DNA of 55,158 nucleotides, the filler included, from Platydemus manokwari (lineage: Eukaryota), in the NCBI GenBank assembly GCA_037951405.1. It is 4 parts of 4 records of this genome, joined end to end, with 100 filler letters (N's around TTAATTAATTAA, not from the genome) between each part and the next. Parts side by side here need not be neighbours in the genome. Positions count along the whole stretch, not along the records: positions 1 to 13,129 come from JBBMOY011833612.1; positions 13,230 to 23,700 come from JBBMOY011131218.1; positions 23,801 to 36,680 come from JBBMOY011929161.1; 1 more part is not named here. One strand, written 5' to 3'. A program made the position numbers and the translations under genes. Numbering within the stretch: the stretch's first letter is position 1; each line of letters opens with the position of its first letter. This document shows, in pieces, positions 12,801 through 24,924 of this stretch. The notes beneath the pieces were generated by a model. That model made no database searches, was not told the DNA's origin, and saw only the letters and a list, made by a program, of their open reading frames with translations.

Positions 12801-13129
12801 ACAAGAAAATGGTTAAAAAATCAAATATTTTTAACGAAAGGAGTTGTGAGAATTCTAAAAATGATTTTTAGAATAAATTTTAAAAAGTAATGAATTATAG
12901 GTTTTTGAAAAGATATTGTTTGAAAAGAGATTTAAATTTTGCTTCAAAAATATATTTTGTGGGTTGAAGTTCTTTAAAATCGTATTATTTAACAAGCTTT
13001 TAAGGAAATAACAGCAACTAACAGATATAACGATAGATGACAGTCGAAATTGTAAATTAATATATTAAAATATAATCTTAATCAATTACACTTTCGTTCA
13101 ATTTCAGTTCATGATTTTGATTGAATAAA

Positions 13130-13229
13130 NNNNNNNNNNNNNNNNNNNNNNNNNNNNNNNNNNNNNNNNNNNNTTAATTAATTAANNNNNNNNNNNNNNN
13201 NNNNNNNNNNNNNNNNNNNNNNNNNNNNN
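13130..13229. other. Artificial contig spacer N44-TTAATTAATTAA-N44
   Basis: Exactly 100 nt and identical to the two other gaps; the 12-mer places stop codons in all six frames. Confidence 0.97.
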
Positions 13230-13231
13230 CT

Positions 13232-13875
13232 TCATTTGGTAAAAAAGCAATTGGACAAAATGATGTAGAAAATCGGAAAGAACTTTTGGTTCACCCTAAT
13301 ATTATATATGATCATTTGATATATCGGTTGTTTCTTTAGATTCTTTGTGAATAGAAATATGTATGGGGTTTTGATACCCCAGCAATAATTAGTTAGATGA
13401 TTTTTGATTGGTATTTTGAACTCATTTTTCCCAAAAGCTTTTCGATAACACATATTTGTTTCAATCACATATTGATTCGAGATTTTGGTATGTCGGATGA
13501 TTATTAATATGATGAGAAAGATTAAATTCGAATGAATCAGTAATTTGTTGGGAAAAAACACAACAAAATATAATGAAATTTATTGACAGTAAAATTCCGT
13601 GATTTGATTGCTAGAAAGCAAATCGGTATCCCCATCAGATGTCCATCATCAGATCGGCATCGAACAAAAAAACATGAAAACACGACAAAACAAAAGCGAT
13701 TGAGTGAGAAAATTTTGTTTCGCTCATTTGATCCATTGACGAATTGGCGGCGGAATTGATTTTCAAGATTATGAAAATCGAAACAATATTTTCTGAACGA
13801 GACCAAAATAATTAATGATAATGGAAAGAAATTTACAATAAATACTTGAATATAAATAAATTTTGTTTTAATCAT
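13232..13875 (-). pseudogene. Possible innexin-like pseudogene (two frameshifted ORFs)
   Basis: Hydrophobic stretch followed by QYVIETNMC...HLTNYCWG...RVNQKFFPIFYII, resembling the innexin TM1-QYVGxPIxC...NYCW...YYQWVP-TM2 layout. The two ORFs overlap out of frame. Confidence 0.35.
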
Positions 13876-14331
13876 TGATTTTAATGTTTTTGTGAGATTC
13901 TTGTGCTAACAAATACTACCAAATATTAATGAAACACTAAATGAAAAGCAATGGCTTGACACAAAGCCAATATGTTTTATCACTTAATTGTAATACCGGT
14001 TTTGAATTATCTCCTTGTTATAATACAATACCATCATGGTGCATCGCAAAATACTCAAAAATCTTTAGTTTTTACCAACATGTTAAATAATATTCTACCA
14101 ACACAGTATTCCTCTTCCTAAATACCAATCCCCCCAAACCTCCACTCATTCCTTTTTGCCGAATTTTTAGGCAGTTGGAAACTTGTAATTGAAAACCTCT
14201 CCAACATGCCAGTTCTGTTTCCAGCCACATTTTGAAAAAAAAATATTTTAATGATTTTATTTTTATTTTTGACGTGATAACCTTGTTTTAATATTAGTTG
14301 TTCATGAAACATTTTTCATTGGATCTTATTT

Positions 14332-14727
14332 ATGGCAAAACAAAAGTGTTTAAAATTATCCTGCATGTTTAGATTTCAGAATAGCAGAGGTTTTCTCAGG
14401 GAAATTTTGAAAAGAAACAAGGACTTTTTGATTCAAAATACTGATCTTGTACACAAAAGTGACTGGTGAATTCACGTTCGAAAGCTTAATGCTTCAGATA
14501 AATAATTGCCCGTATGGATTAATGGGCTTGAAGAAAGAGATGGCATCATTGGCGATTATATAATAAAAGAAAAGGCACTTCAAATAACTGATTTAAATGG
14601 CTTACAAGATTTTAAATCCTCAAATGGATCGTTAAGGAGTTTTACGGAAAGAAATTTGTTGAAGTTAAGAAATCTACACAGTGAATCTGAAACTGCTATT
14701 GTTTTACTGGATAAGATGAAGATGTAA
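14332..14727 (+). mobile_element. pogo/Tigger transposase N-terminal relic (CENP-B-type HTH)
   Basis: WINGLEERDGIIGDYIIKEKALQI...DFKSSNGSLRSFTERNLLKLRNLHSESETA resembles the HTH_Tnp_Tc5 pattern IKEKA...FKASNGWL.RF..R..I....LHGES. Upstream stops; no DDE domain seen. Confidence 0.8.
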
Positions 14728-15380
14728 TTCATAATTCATCACTGGAATTCTCAGTTTTAGCATTACATTTCATAAACCTTTAATTGCAAGCACACAGACC
14801 TGTTTGTACTTGTAATCTGAAACTGAGATGTATTTATTGATTATCAGTAAAAAGTTATTTACAGAAAATGTAATATTTTTTATCCAAATAAATTGTATTT
14901 CATCCTTAAATGGATTTGTAGTTCGCATTTATCAATCAACATTTCATATATTTTAATATCCAGCCAATAATGTTTGTTTTGAAAAAAAAGATTTAATTTG
15001 AGTTCGATTTCCGTTATTAAGTGGTTGTCATTGAAATGAGGGAATTTTAATATTTCATTAAATTGTGAGCTTTTATTCAAAGTTCAGATGATGACATTGA
15101 ATTATTTATTTGACTTTATAATTTCATACGCTTTCATTTCTTGTACTCAATGGCTTACAGTTGATATTTGTGATTGGATATTGATTGGCTTAGCGAATCA
15201 ATAGATTTTCAGAAAAATAATTTTAAATATTTTCGTTAATCAAATCTTATAATGTCAATAAATAGTTGAATAAATATTGATTAATTTTATGTAATTAATT
15301 AATTAAATATAATTAATTAATTAATCATAATTAATAATTAATTATAATAAGATAGTTAAGAATAGTGGATATGGTTATTT

Positions 15381-16368
15381 GACTAAAGTTAAAAAAAAGG
15401 GGTCATAAAATGAAATTTTAAATTTGTTGAGTGTATTGCAAAAATTTATATAGATTATTTAATTAAATTCTTTAATAACTTTTTGAATTTTTTATTTTAG
15501 TTATTTAGAATCAAATAATACATGCACAGGATTTTTAAAATCTCCTAAAAATTAATTATTTGAAAAACGGGTCAAAGTAGGTCAAAATGCAATTAATTGA
15601 AAATTAGCGAGGACCCCTTTTTTTAACATTAGAAGCAATTGGAATGATATCTAAAATTTTTATAGTTATTTTATAAAAAAAGTGACTTCGAAATTGAGAA
15701 GTGCCAGGAACAAGGTACTTGTGTTTTCTCTCAAAATAAGGATATTAATATCTATTTAAAAGATTGGATACAAACATCCCAAATTTGCTGATGTAATGAA
15801 ATGAAGATTTGATCGAAATCAAATAAATCTTACAGGTGAAGATACCACAAATATATAAGTTTCGGAATTCAAATACTGACTTGGTTCAAAAATTCAGCCT
15901 TGTCCCTTTTCGGCATTTCGAATAAAGTATTTTTGGTGCACGGGGCTCACACAAAAAATTGTTTTAAAAAATATATCATACTTACAAATCTATTAGTAAA
16001 CTAACAATCAATAAATATTGACAATTTTTATTAAAATAAAACGAACAATTTAAAATTATTTATTGACATACAAAATTTGTAGATTCCTCGCCAATGAAGA
16101 AATATCTTGGCGTAGAAACATAATTCTAGGTCTAAATATCGTCATAGAAATCGACGATAAGTGTTTTGAAAGTGCCAAATATAGTAGCGGGCATCGAACG
16201 GGCATGGTTTTTGATTGTTAGAGTTGATTTTTGGTTTTTAATCGAAAATTGAATTTCATGTAAATATTTCATTAAAATATGATTATAAATAAATTTTAAT
16301 AACAAATAACTCGCGAAAAGTCATTATTTTAAAATTAGGTCAAAGGACTCTTTTTCTTAACTTAAACC
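15381..16368 (+). mobile_element. Internally deleted Merlin transposon with both TIRs and decayed transposase N-terminus
   Basis: Left end GACTAAAGTTAAAAAAAAGGGG, right end CTCTTTTTCTTAACTTAAACC. Internal remnants TWFKNSALS, YFWCTGLTQKIV and LGLNIVIEIDDKCFESAKYSSGHR. No clear TSD. Confidence 0.8.
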
Positions 16369-16789
16369 AAAGTCTCAAATCATTTGCCAATAATAATTGT
16401 TTGAAAAATGTAAAATAAATAAGTATTTAATTCAAACGCTAAAAAGTAATTACTAAATAATTGTAAATATGTCACGATAATTATAAAAATCACAAAATTG
16501 TGTGAAAAATTCAATGAGTGCTATTTTGAAAAGATATTGATTGTTGTCATGGGGAAATCTCGACAGTATTTTTGATATTAATTTCTTTCTACTGTTTGAT
16601 TTCAACTACTTAGTCTGATATTTTATAAAACAAAATTTGGTTGAGTTTTCTTTACTTTTTTTGAAACTAGAAATAATAATTTCCTTAGGTTTTAGTGTTT
16701 ATCTTTCCGAATTATTTATTTTATATTTCAAACGACATTAACCAGGTTGTTTTCAATTTATTTTTTATAATAAATATTTTATAACTTCT

Positions 16790-17551
16790 TTAATATCCAA
16801 AAAAAGAATTTCCAAAACAAACCTGTAAAATTCCGCCGGCTTTAGCAGCGAATGTTGTTTGTACTGCTGCATAATTTTTGTATTTTACATCACTACCATA
16901 TTCTAATAGTAATTTGACAATGTTCTTTCTCAATTTTGAGCATGCCAACATCAGAACACTTTCTTCTTTTGCGTTGACAACATTTAAATCGAACAATTGC
17001 GACTGAATAACTTTCTTGATTATTTCATCATCGTTTTCGGTTAGCATTAGATTGGTCAAGAACGTTTCTCCATTTTTCAAAATCATATTTTTATTTTTAC
17101 AGTGTTCCAAAATGATGCGATATGCATTTTCAGAATTTGACACTAAAGCTTTCCAAGAAAGATTTAAAAGATATGCCTCATCTTTGATTACGCATTTTGT
17201 CAAAATAACTCGAATGAATTCATCTCTTTTTTCCTTCACCATTTTGGTCAATAAATATTTAGCAACATTGGTAGAAAGGAGATTTTCATGATCACAGTAC
17301 TTAATTAATAAGCTGAAATATCTGAGACAATAGTCAATGAATTTTCTTGGAAGAAATATGGTGAATTAATTACTGGTGATCGTTTATCTCATAAGACAAT
17401 GACAGGGCAGAATTATTCAAATTATCCGTTTTGATCAGGTCTTTTCCATAAATTACGATAAGTTTCATTACTTCAATTATGGTCTGTATCATAGGAAAAT
17501 CATGTTAAATATCGTACGTTAATTTTATACCTTCTTTTTCTTCTCATCCAT
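16790..17551 (-). CDS. Small ankyrin-repeat protein, at least 3 exons (17531-17551, 17374-17483, 16790-17321)
   Basis: GT-AG introns of 47 and 52 bp keep the frame: MDEKKKK|TIIEVMKLIVIYGKDLIKTDNLNNSALSLS...HQ|YFSLLIKY...DLNVVNAKEESVLMLACSKLRKNIVKLLLEYGSDV, a clear ankyrin motif. The 5' and 3' ends are uncertain. Confidence 0.7.
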
Positions 17552-18894
17552 AGGTTTATCTTCGTGTGAATGCGAAAAAATGTTAATAATAGTAATAATA
17601 ATATAATTAATGAAATTATGAAAATTCCTTTAATTCATTTATTATTGTGAGGTTTATAATTCAAATAAGATTAAGATTAATAATTAGAATCACGAAAGGG
17701 TCAGGAAAGATATGAAGGCCAATACGAAGTGATTGTGAGAAATCATAAAAGAAGCAACCGATTACAAAATGGAAAAGGAACAGTAATAACAAGAAATATT
17801 GAAAAAATAAAAGATTTTAAAAAATATTTTTAAATGATTATATTTAGAATATTTAATATTTGCTTTATAAAATGTGCTTGCTCAAAACACTACTATAATC
17901 TCTCAAATTGTTAAAAATATTTTAAAAATAATTATTTATAAAAATTTAAAAATTTAATTAAAAAAATTAATTTTAAAGAAACGTGGACGTGTTATAAAAA
18001 TATATTATTTGTGCGGTGAAATTATGACTTTTGAATTAAACATGAAAAACGAAGAAGTTTTAGCAACAAAAACAATAACATAATATTGAAATAAAGGTAG
18101 TCATTGATAGCCGGTGTGATAATTATTATATAATCGTTATAATATTTAAGAGTTTATAATTATTGATTAACCAGATGTGTCTTGTTTAAATAAACTGTAG
18201 TGTAATAACGTATCATGCTTGATAATAATGACAACATTGTAACCAATATAATAACAAAAATAAAGAAGAAAATCTTCTGATAATTTGTGCTCATTATTTT
18301 CCCTAATGTACTCCAGAATATTAGTTAAGCTGTCAGATAAAATATTGGGAAATAGTGTAGATCATGTTTTAATGATTAGATAAATGAATTAATGTAATGA
18401 ATGATCAGTACTTTAAGAGATGAGATATAATGTTTGTTTGTCACATGATGAAATCAGAATACAGTCTTGAATCATTGATGTAAACTCATAACACTGATCG
18501 ATTTTATTATCAATGCCATTTATCATGTCTCAACACATTAATGCATTCTTTATTCGATTTGTAAACCATTTTATTATATGCTCTTTGAAAACAAATGAGC
18601 CGGGTCATCATGATGGAAAGCAACTAAAATCATTGATAATAAATTTGTAGAAATTCGCCTCACCAACAACTCTTCTATGTTATTATCGATTTGGTAGATA
18701 TTATTTCAATAAATTAACTTTTTATTGATTGTCTGATTATAATTATAATAATAATTATGATTATGATAATAATATTTTAACAATGATAATTTTTCAATAA
18801 TAATAATAATATTCGCAAAAATTATGATAAGATTTATAATAATGATGATAATATTAATAACAACAGTTAGCTGTAATTATTTCATAAAATATTC

Positions 18895-19506
18895 GGTTAA
18901 AGTTAAGAAAAAGGGGTTCTAAAATAAAATTTTAAATTTGTTGAGGGTATTGCAAAATTCTATATAGTTTATTTAATTGTATTCTTTGAAAATCATTTTG
19001 AATTTTTTATTTAAGTACTTTAGAAGAATTTTAGTTGTATGAAATCAAATATTAAATAGACTACAGCTTAAAAATCTCCACAAATTTGATTATTTGAAAA
19101 AATGTAAATAGTATCTCGAATTGCAATTTATTGAAAATCAGCAAGGACCCCTTTTGTCACACTACAAGCAAATTGAGAGATATTCTCAATTTTTACAATT
19201 ATTTTATAAAAATAACCATTGATATCATTAAATATATTTGTAATTAACTAACTCGATTTATAATTAAAAAAAATTTAAATTTAAAAACTCAAATAATCAT
19301 ATAGAAGTGTTGTGATTAGAATAGGAACTTGGTTTTAAAACTGTGTTTTGTCATATAATACATCCTAAAAAATGAGGTATCAACTGAATTATACGAATAA
19401 ATCAAACATAACAGTTATATATAAAATTAAGTTATAAAAATATTTCATGCACAAAAATTCATTACAGCGAAAGTAGGTCAAAAGACCCTTTTTCTTAACT
19501 TAAACA
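18895..19506 (+). mobile_element. Merlin-family MITE (about 610 bp)
   Basis: TIRs GGTTAAAGTTAAGAAAAAGGGG / CCCTTTTTCTTAACTTAAAC; the first about 310 bp are similar to 15381-15680. Confidence 0.85.
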
Positions 19507-19549
19507 CAAAATTTATTTATAATGAAATTTTATTATATTTTGACTTAAA

Positions 19550-19915
19550 ATTAGAATAATTTTTAGGAGATTTTGAAGTTCTTGTGTATTTAATACTTAA
19601 TGTCAAACAACTTAAATAAAAAATTCAAAATTCTTTTACAGAATATTATTAAATAAACTATATAGAATTTTGCAATGCACTCAAGAAATTTAAAATTTTA
19701 TTTTAGGACATCTTCCTTAACTTTATTCAAAATTTTATAAGTTCGAAAGAGACGTTGCGGTGAAATTGATTTACAAGAATTGAGAAATTCAAATTCAGTG
19801 TATTTAATATTTTATTTCAAACAACTAGAATGAGTTTAGTAAAAAATTCAAAATTTTTTAAACACTATATTTTTGCAATGCACTCAACAAATTTAAGTTT
19901 TAAGACCCCTTTTAA
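19550..19915 (-). mobile_element. Two partial inverted copies of the Merlin left end
   Basis: About 19550-19728 and about 19785-19915 are reverse-complement matches to the left end at 18895 (e.g. TTTTGCAATGCACTCAA..AATTTAA). Confidence 0.75.
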
Positions 19916-21689
19916 GAACAAAATATTTTGAATAATTATAATAATTATTTTAAAGATTGCTTATAAAATGTAAAAATCTCGTTTCTTTGTTTATAATATT
20001 CGAACTTCATATAGTAAAGATAAATGATTAAAATGTGGGGCTTTAATTAATTACTGAGTATTATGTTAATTTGATTTTAAAGAGTAAAATTACAAAGTAA
20101 ATTTTTGGTTTACCAATAGATGATTTTTTTATCATTAATGTTAGTAATCATTAAGGATTTCCGCTAGAGATAAGAGCTTTTAAAGATTTCTAGATAATTA
20201 ATTCGTTTATTAACATTGTTGACAATTCAGGTAATTGTAGAAAGTGTAATGCGAATGACGTGCCCTAAAATGATATTCAAATATTTATTGTCGAAACAAA
20301 TTAATTGTCAGTAATTTGTAGGATGTCATACAGTGAACTCATCTAAGAAAATCTGCATGAAATCATTGAACATATAAAAATACCATTTATTCTACAAAAT
20401 CCATGGCTTAACGCGTTACTACTGTTTGGCTAGCCAACTCGTTTCATTATTTACTGTTCTCGATTTCTTTAGAACAACTGTCAAAATGTGTCTCTAAACT
20501 TTTAAGGAGGACTCGCACAATATGCAGGCCCACCTCATACAAACCATAACACTGTACACTTTTGAATTGATTATAGATAAAACCTTTTGAAGTGGTCACC
20601 GAGAGCACTCGAGATTATTAAGTGATTCCTTTCTTTGACTCATTATTGAGAAGTGGTATTCATTAGATGAATTTGAAAAAAGCATTAACAACACACTTCA
20701 TAATGTTAATGAATGGTCGTGTAAAGAGGGGATTTCTCGAGTTACTAGAAACGGAATTCGTTATTGTATTGATGAAAATTTAAAAGTGACATTTTTACAA
20801 AATTGGCCATCCGGAGTTTCACCATGAGAAATGACAAATGAATTTTCCATTGAGCTAATTCTAAGCTTATGCTTATTTCAGAAGTTCTCACACGGAAAGC
20901 TATATTCGGAACAGTTAAGATATGGTTATATGGTTCCGTTCCAATACTGATAGAGATCAGAAAAATTATTGAAAAACAGAAAAAGTACGTTTTTTATTTA
21001 AAAATGATTAACTTAAGTTAATTTATGATAATAAAGGGTTATTTAAAAGGATATTAGGAAATTTGGACGAATATTTTTTTCATTAAACCACAACGGACAC
21101 AAGTGAATGGCAAACCTAAAAAATATTATATAAACAATGGTATAACAAATGGATTTTCTCATAACCAGATCTAGCAACAGTTTAAGAAAGCTTTAATAAT
21201 ACCCGATAGAATATCATTTACCGCAGACTTTGGGTGTCAAGAAAAATCCATGAAGCTTGTAGAATTGTGCACAGTATATTAACAGGTAAAACAGTCATAG
21301 CACAAGTTTAAGAATAGCCTCATAACAACCAAGTGTAGTATCTTATCTAGTAAAATAATTTGGTGCTAAATTTTGACCTAATTTCGAAAAAAAATAATAT
21401 GGAAACTAGACTGGATAAAAAATATCATTAATATCATACTTAAATGTTGTGTAGTCAGTAATATAATAATTTAGTAATATAATAATATTAATACTACTAA
21501 TGATATTAATAGTAATATTAAGTCTTGCTATTTATATCTTATTAAATCTCTTCGACTTAAGCCCATCTATATAATGACCATATAATATAATTATATTTCT
21601 ATATTGTAATATTGCTCTAAGAACTTATTGATTTGTCCTGTAATTAAATTTGATCTATTTGATTTCATTAGTCTTTCAATATTGACAGA

Positions 21690-22465
21690 TTTCGACTTTA
21701 CTGAAATCCAAAAGCACCGATTGCCAATACACGAAATACATGAAGAATGGCCATTCTTTTTCTATTGATAAGAAGAGAAGATTTCTTCCCAATTTCTGAG
21801 ATCATATAGTTATTGATATTGAGAAATCGAAGAGGACATCTCTACACATATTCGAGTAAACTGGTATTTTAGTCTTTTCCGATAAATAGTCCATTGCCAA
21901 TCCAACGGTCATAAATCACGACAATCCCGCAAACGATATTCTTCTCCCTACTCGTCTGACAGATCGATCCATCAGAATTTATTCGAACTGTCAAAATTCT
22001 ATATCTGATAATCTCGATTTGTTTTATAAAAACCTGGGGAGAGAGAGATTGGAGAGTAGCATTCTTGAATTAATCGTATTTAAATGTAATACAGGGCGAT
22101 TTTGCAAAGCGGCAAAGAAATTTCTCAGCATGACAATTTCTGTTTTGTGGGAAACTCGAATCTCATAGACTGATACTAGTCGAATCAGGAGATTGGATTA
22201 AATTCGTTATTCAATTACCCTATCTTTCTTTCTCTCTGCTACTGAGAGTTCACTTTTATTATTTCGTCAGGTCGGACGGTGAATATGACAGACAGAGAAG
22301 TATTTTTTTCGTTTATCTCTTTTGAAGCGGCCCTGCAAATAATTAATGAGCTAAAACCTGTCACAAAATTCTACGGACTACTTGAGGTGATAAAAAGCAT
22401 TATTGAGAATATTTCCTGTTTTGTAAATGATACATCATCATCATCATCGTCGTTAGCATCGTCAG

Positions 22466-22499
<34 letters not shown>

Positions 22500-23400
22500 G
22501 TCGTCGATGTCTGCTTTGTATTGAATTATCCGATAACATTGTCTCCAGGATTATTACTGTAGTTATCTATCAATACTCCAGTGCTTCTTTGATCTAATTC
22601 GAATGGAAAGCACATTCATGACTCGCAGTTAGCATTGTAATTGGCATTTCTCACGGTCAATTACGATTCTGTGGGGATTTTGTTAGGATTAGAAAAAACT
22701 CATTTGTTCTACTCTAATAGCGGTGCTACCAACTTCATCTGCTGCTGTATTGAGATTCTCAGTTTCTTGGCTAACTGGGGAAAATCTGAAACAAACTGAG
22801 AGTTGCCGGAGTAATTATTTCGATATATAGAACTATAAATTATTGCTTCGAATTTGAACTGTTATTATGATTTTCATAATAATCGATATTTTATATTCCA
22901 ATCACAATTGAATGAAGAATTTGAACTGCTTTCATCTTTTTGGATTATCAGCATTTCAGTTACTCTAGGAGAAACTCTTTCATTGTTTCGAACTTTTAAA
23001 ATTGATGTTTATATCGAAATATTCTTCTTTTTCGTTATTATTATAATCACTATCGTTTATTATTCTTTTAATTATAATCATTATTATTATTAATAATACT
23101 ATAAATTTTCAATACCATAATTATTAACAGAATTAACATCATTATTAATTTTGTTAGACTAATAATAATAATAATCCACTTCCACTAGTATCCTAACGAA
23201 TCCCGAACTCCATTTTCGTACCCATGACCATTTTAGCACACTTCTTATTACTTTTCAAATAATGAGATCCTCTGCTGCAATTGATTGTTTCCCTGAAATC
23301 CTCAATCAAGTGTAATTGAAATTTCCATTTATTTTTATTCCTGAAATTCGTTCTTGTCCATGTTTTCATTTTCGGTTTCCTTTTAGAAGCACACGAAATA
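21690..23400 (-). pseudogene. Truncated LATS/Warts-like pseudogene
   Basis: Minus strand reads TLQSLSPQVFIKQIE (about 22013-22057; cf. LATS QSYSPQAFKFFME) and then KSSLLINRKRMAILHVFRVLAIGAFG (21701-21805; cf. KESNYIRLKRAK...LGIGAFG) followed by a stop. Upstream is Asn/Asp-rich coding-like sequence with stops; the upstream boundary is approximate. Confidence 0.5.
22433..22506. repeat. (TCA)n/(GAT)n trinucleotide tract (poly-Asp on minus strand)
   Basis: Directly visible imperfect triplet run. Confidence 0.9.
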
Positions 23401-23700
23401 CATCAATATAAATTCTTTTATTTATCCCTTGCGCCTACTTTGATTGTAGTATTTTGGTGGCAAAAATATTGAGTTGTTGATTTAACTGACTGAGCTCTTG
23501 TGTGAAAACAATGTTTTCAAACTTGCTGCTAAATGATTAAAAACCCTGTCTTAAATAGTGAATATTTAATAGACATTCATATATATATATAAAGCTTTAC
23601 TCATAAGTCGGGACACCAATTTACCTCTTGATTATTTTAAATATTAGAGATTTATTTTCAAAACTAAATATATATTTGAAATGTACAAAGCAAACACTAC

Positions 23701-23800
23701 NNNNNNNNNNNNNNNNNNNNNNNNNNNNNNNNNNNNNNNNNNNNTTAATTAATTAANNNNNNNNNNNNNNNNNNNNNNNNNNNNNNNNNNNNNNNNNNNN
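23701..23800. other. Artificial contig spacer N44-TTAATTAATTAA-N44
   Basis: Identical 100-nt spacer. Confidence 0.97.
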
Positions 23801-23963
23801 TGTTAAATTTACTATATTAAACAATAAATAATAAAAATTTTAAAATAGTTTTTCGAATTTAGCATGTTGTTTATTTGCTCGTTATTCTAATTTAGAAATT
23901 TATAAATTGCGGAACCCCTGGAGTGTACTGGTGGTTTCGCAGAACCCTGGTTAAAAACCACTG
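23801..23963. mobile_element. hAT MITE, one end only (cut by the gap)
   Basis: Similar to about 3393-3580; ends GGTTAAAAACCACTG followed by CTCTAAAT. Confidence 0.85.
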
Positions 23964-24924
23964 CTCTAAATCGCTATATTATTATTGAACTCCGATTTTT
24001 GAGTGAGATATCATTTAAAACCAATTTCAATTATATTTTTCTCATAATTTTTACAAACAACTCATTTACATTTAACCTTAATATTTTTTCTTAATAATTG
24101 GAAAATACATATGTGTAATAATTCTATACAATTGTTTTAAATTCAATGAACTCGTATTAGACAATCTTCATTTTGTGAGAATCCAAAGCAACTCTTCAAA
24201 ATGTTCATAAATATCTTTGAACAAATATAATCTATCCTTTCACAAACACACCCTCTATAACAACTGAGAGAACACTTCCGTTACGATTGCCTTAAATTTG
24301 TCTTCTTAATTTTGAGTTAATATTTCAATCACAAACTAATGTTTATCTTAATTAAATCACATAGTTATTTAAAATTTAATTATAAAATTAAATAGCCATG
24401 AAATGCATGTTTATTGACTGATTTGATAATTTTATAGGAATTCAATAAATGTCTATTAATTAATTAAATATATGAAAGCATTTATTTTCTGTCATGAAAG
24501 GAAAACGCTGTTTTATGTTAAGTCGCTCATTATGTCCTCATCAGGTAAATTATAATACAAATAATAATTATTATCACATCAGTTATAATTACAATGACAA
24601 AAGAACAAGTTATTAATAAAGATAATAAAGAAAAATTAATAATTAAATATGTTACTGATAAACTAAAAATAAGTCATAGGATTTCGATTTGGACGCACAT
24701 AGTGTTTCAAATGATACCAGCGTTGATAGAGCTTATGTAGTCTCTTTATGAATGGAGCTGGAGATAATTATTAGATAATTATTCCACAGATACTTGGTTC
24801 GTAGAAGAATTTAAGTTTAGTGTTATAAATAACTTAATATAGACATGAAATTTAAATTTTTGTTGTTTTCACCTGTCGAATAATTATAATTATTATCTAT
24901 TGTTTGAATAGTGAGCGTCTAACT

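Noticed and set aside
13174-13185. TTAATTAATTAA palindrome as a conserved biological motif
   Set aside because: Centred in fixed-length N runs three times; an assembly linker.
14118-14312. ORF ending QLPK...WRFGGIGI (Merlin WVFGG-like or LINE GGLG-like)
   Set aside because: Fits two unrelated families equally weakly, with no supporting collinear motifs.
20500-21330. Coding-like plus-strand stretch with stops
   Set aside because: No family motif recognised; it does not read as the missing kinase body of the adjacent LATS-like relic.
22279-22524. Plus-strand poly-Ser ORF
   Set aside because: Produced by the (TCA)n tract; the minus-strand poly-Asp reading fits the surrounding relic better.
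24505-24550. CTGATGAG on the minus strand as a hammerhead ribozyme core
   Set aside because: No properly placed GAAA or closing stems.
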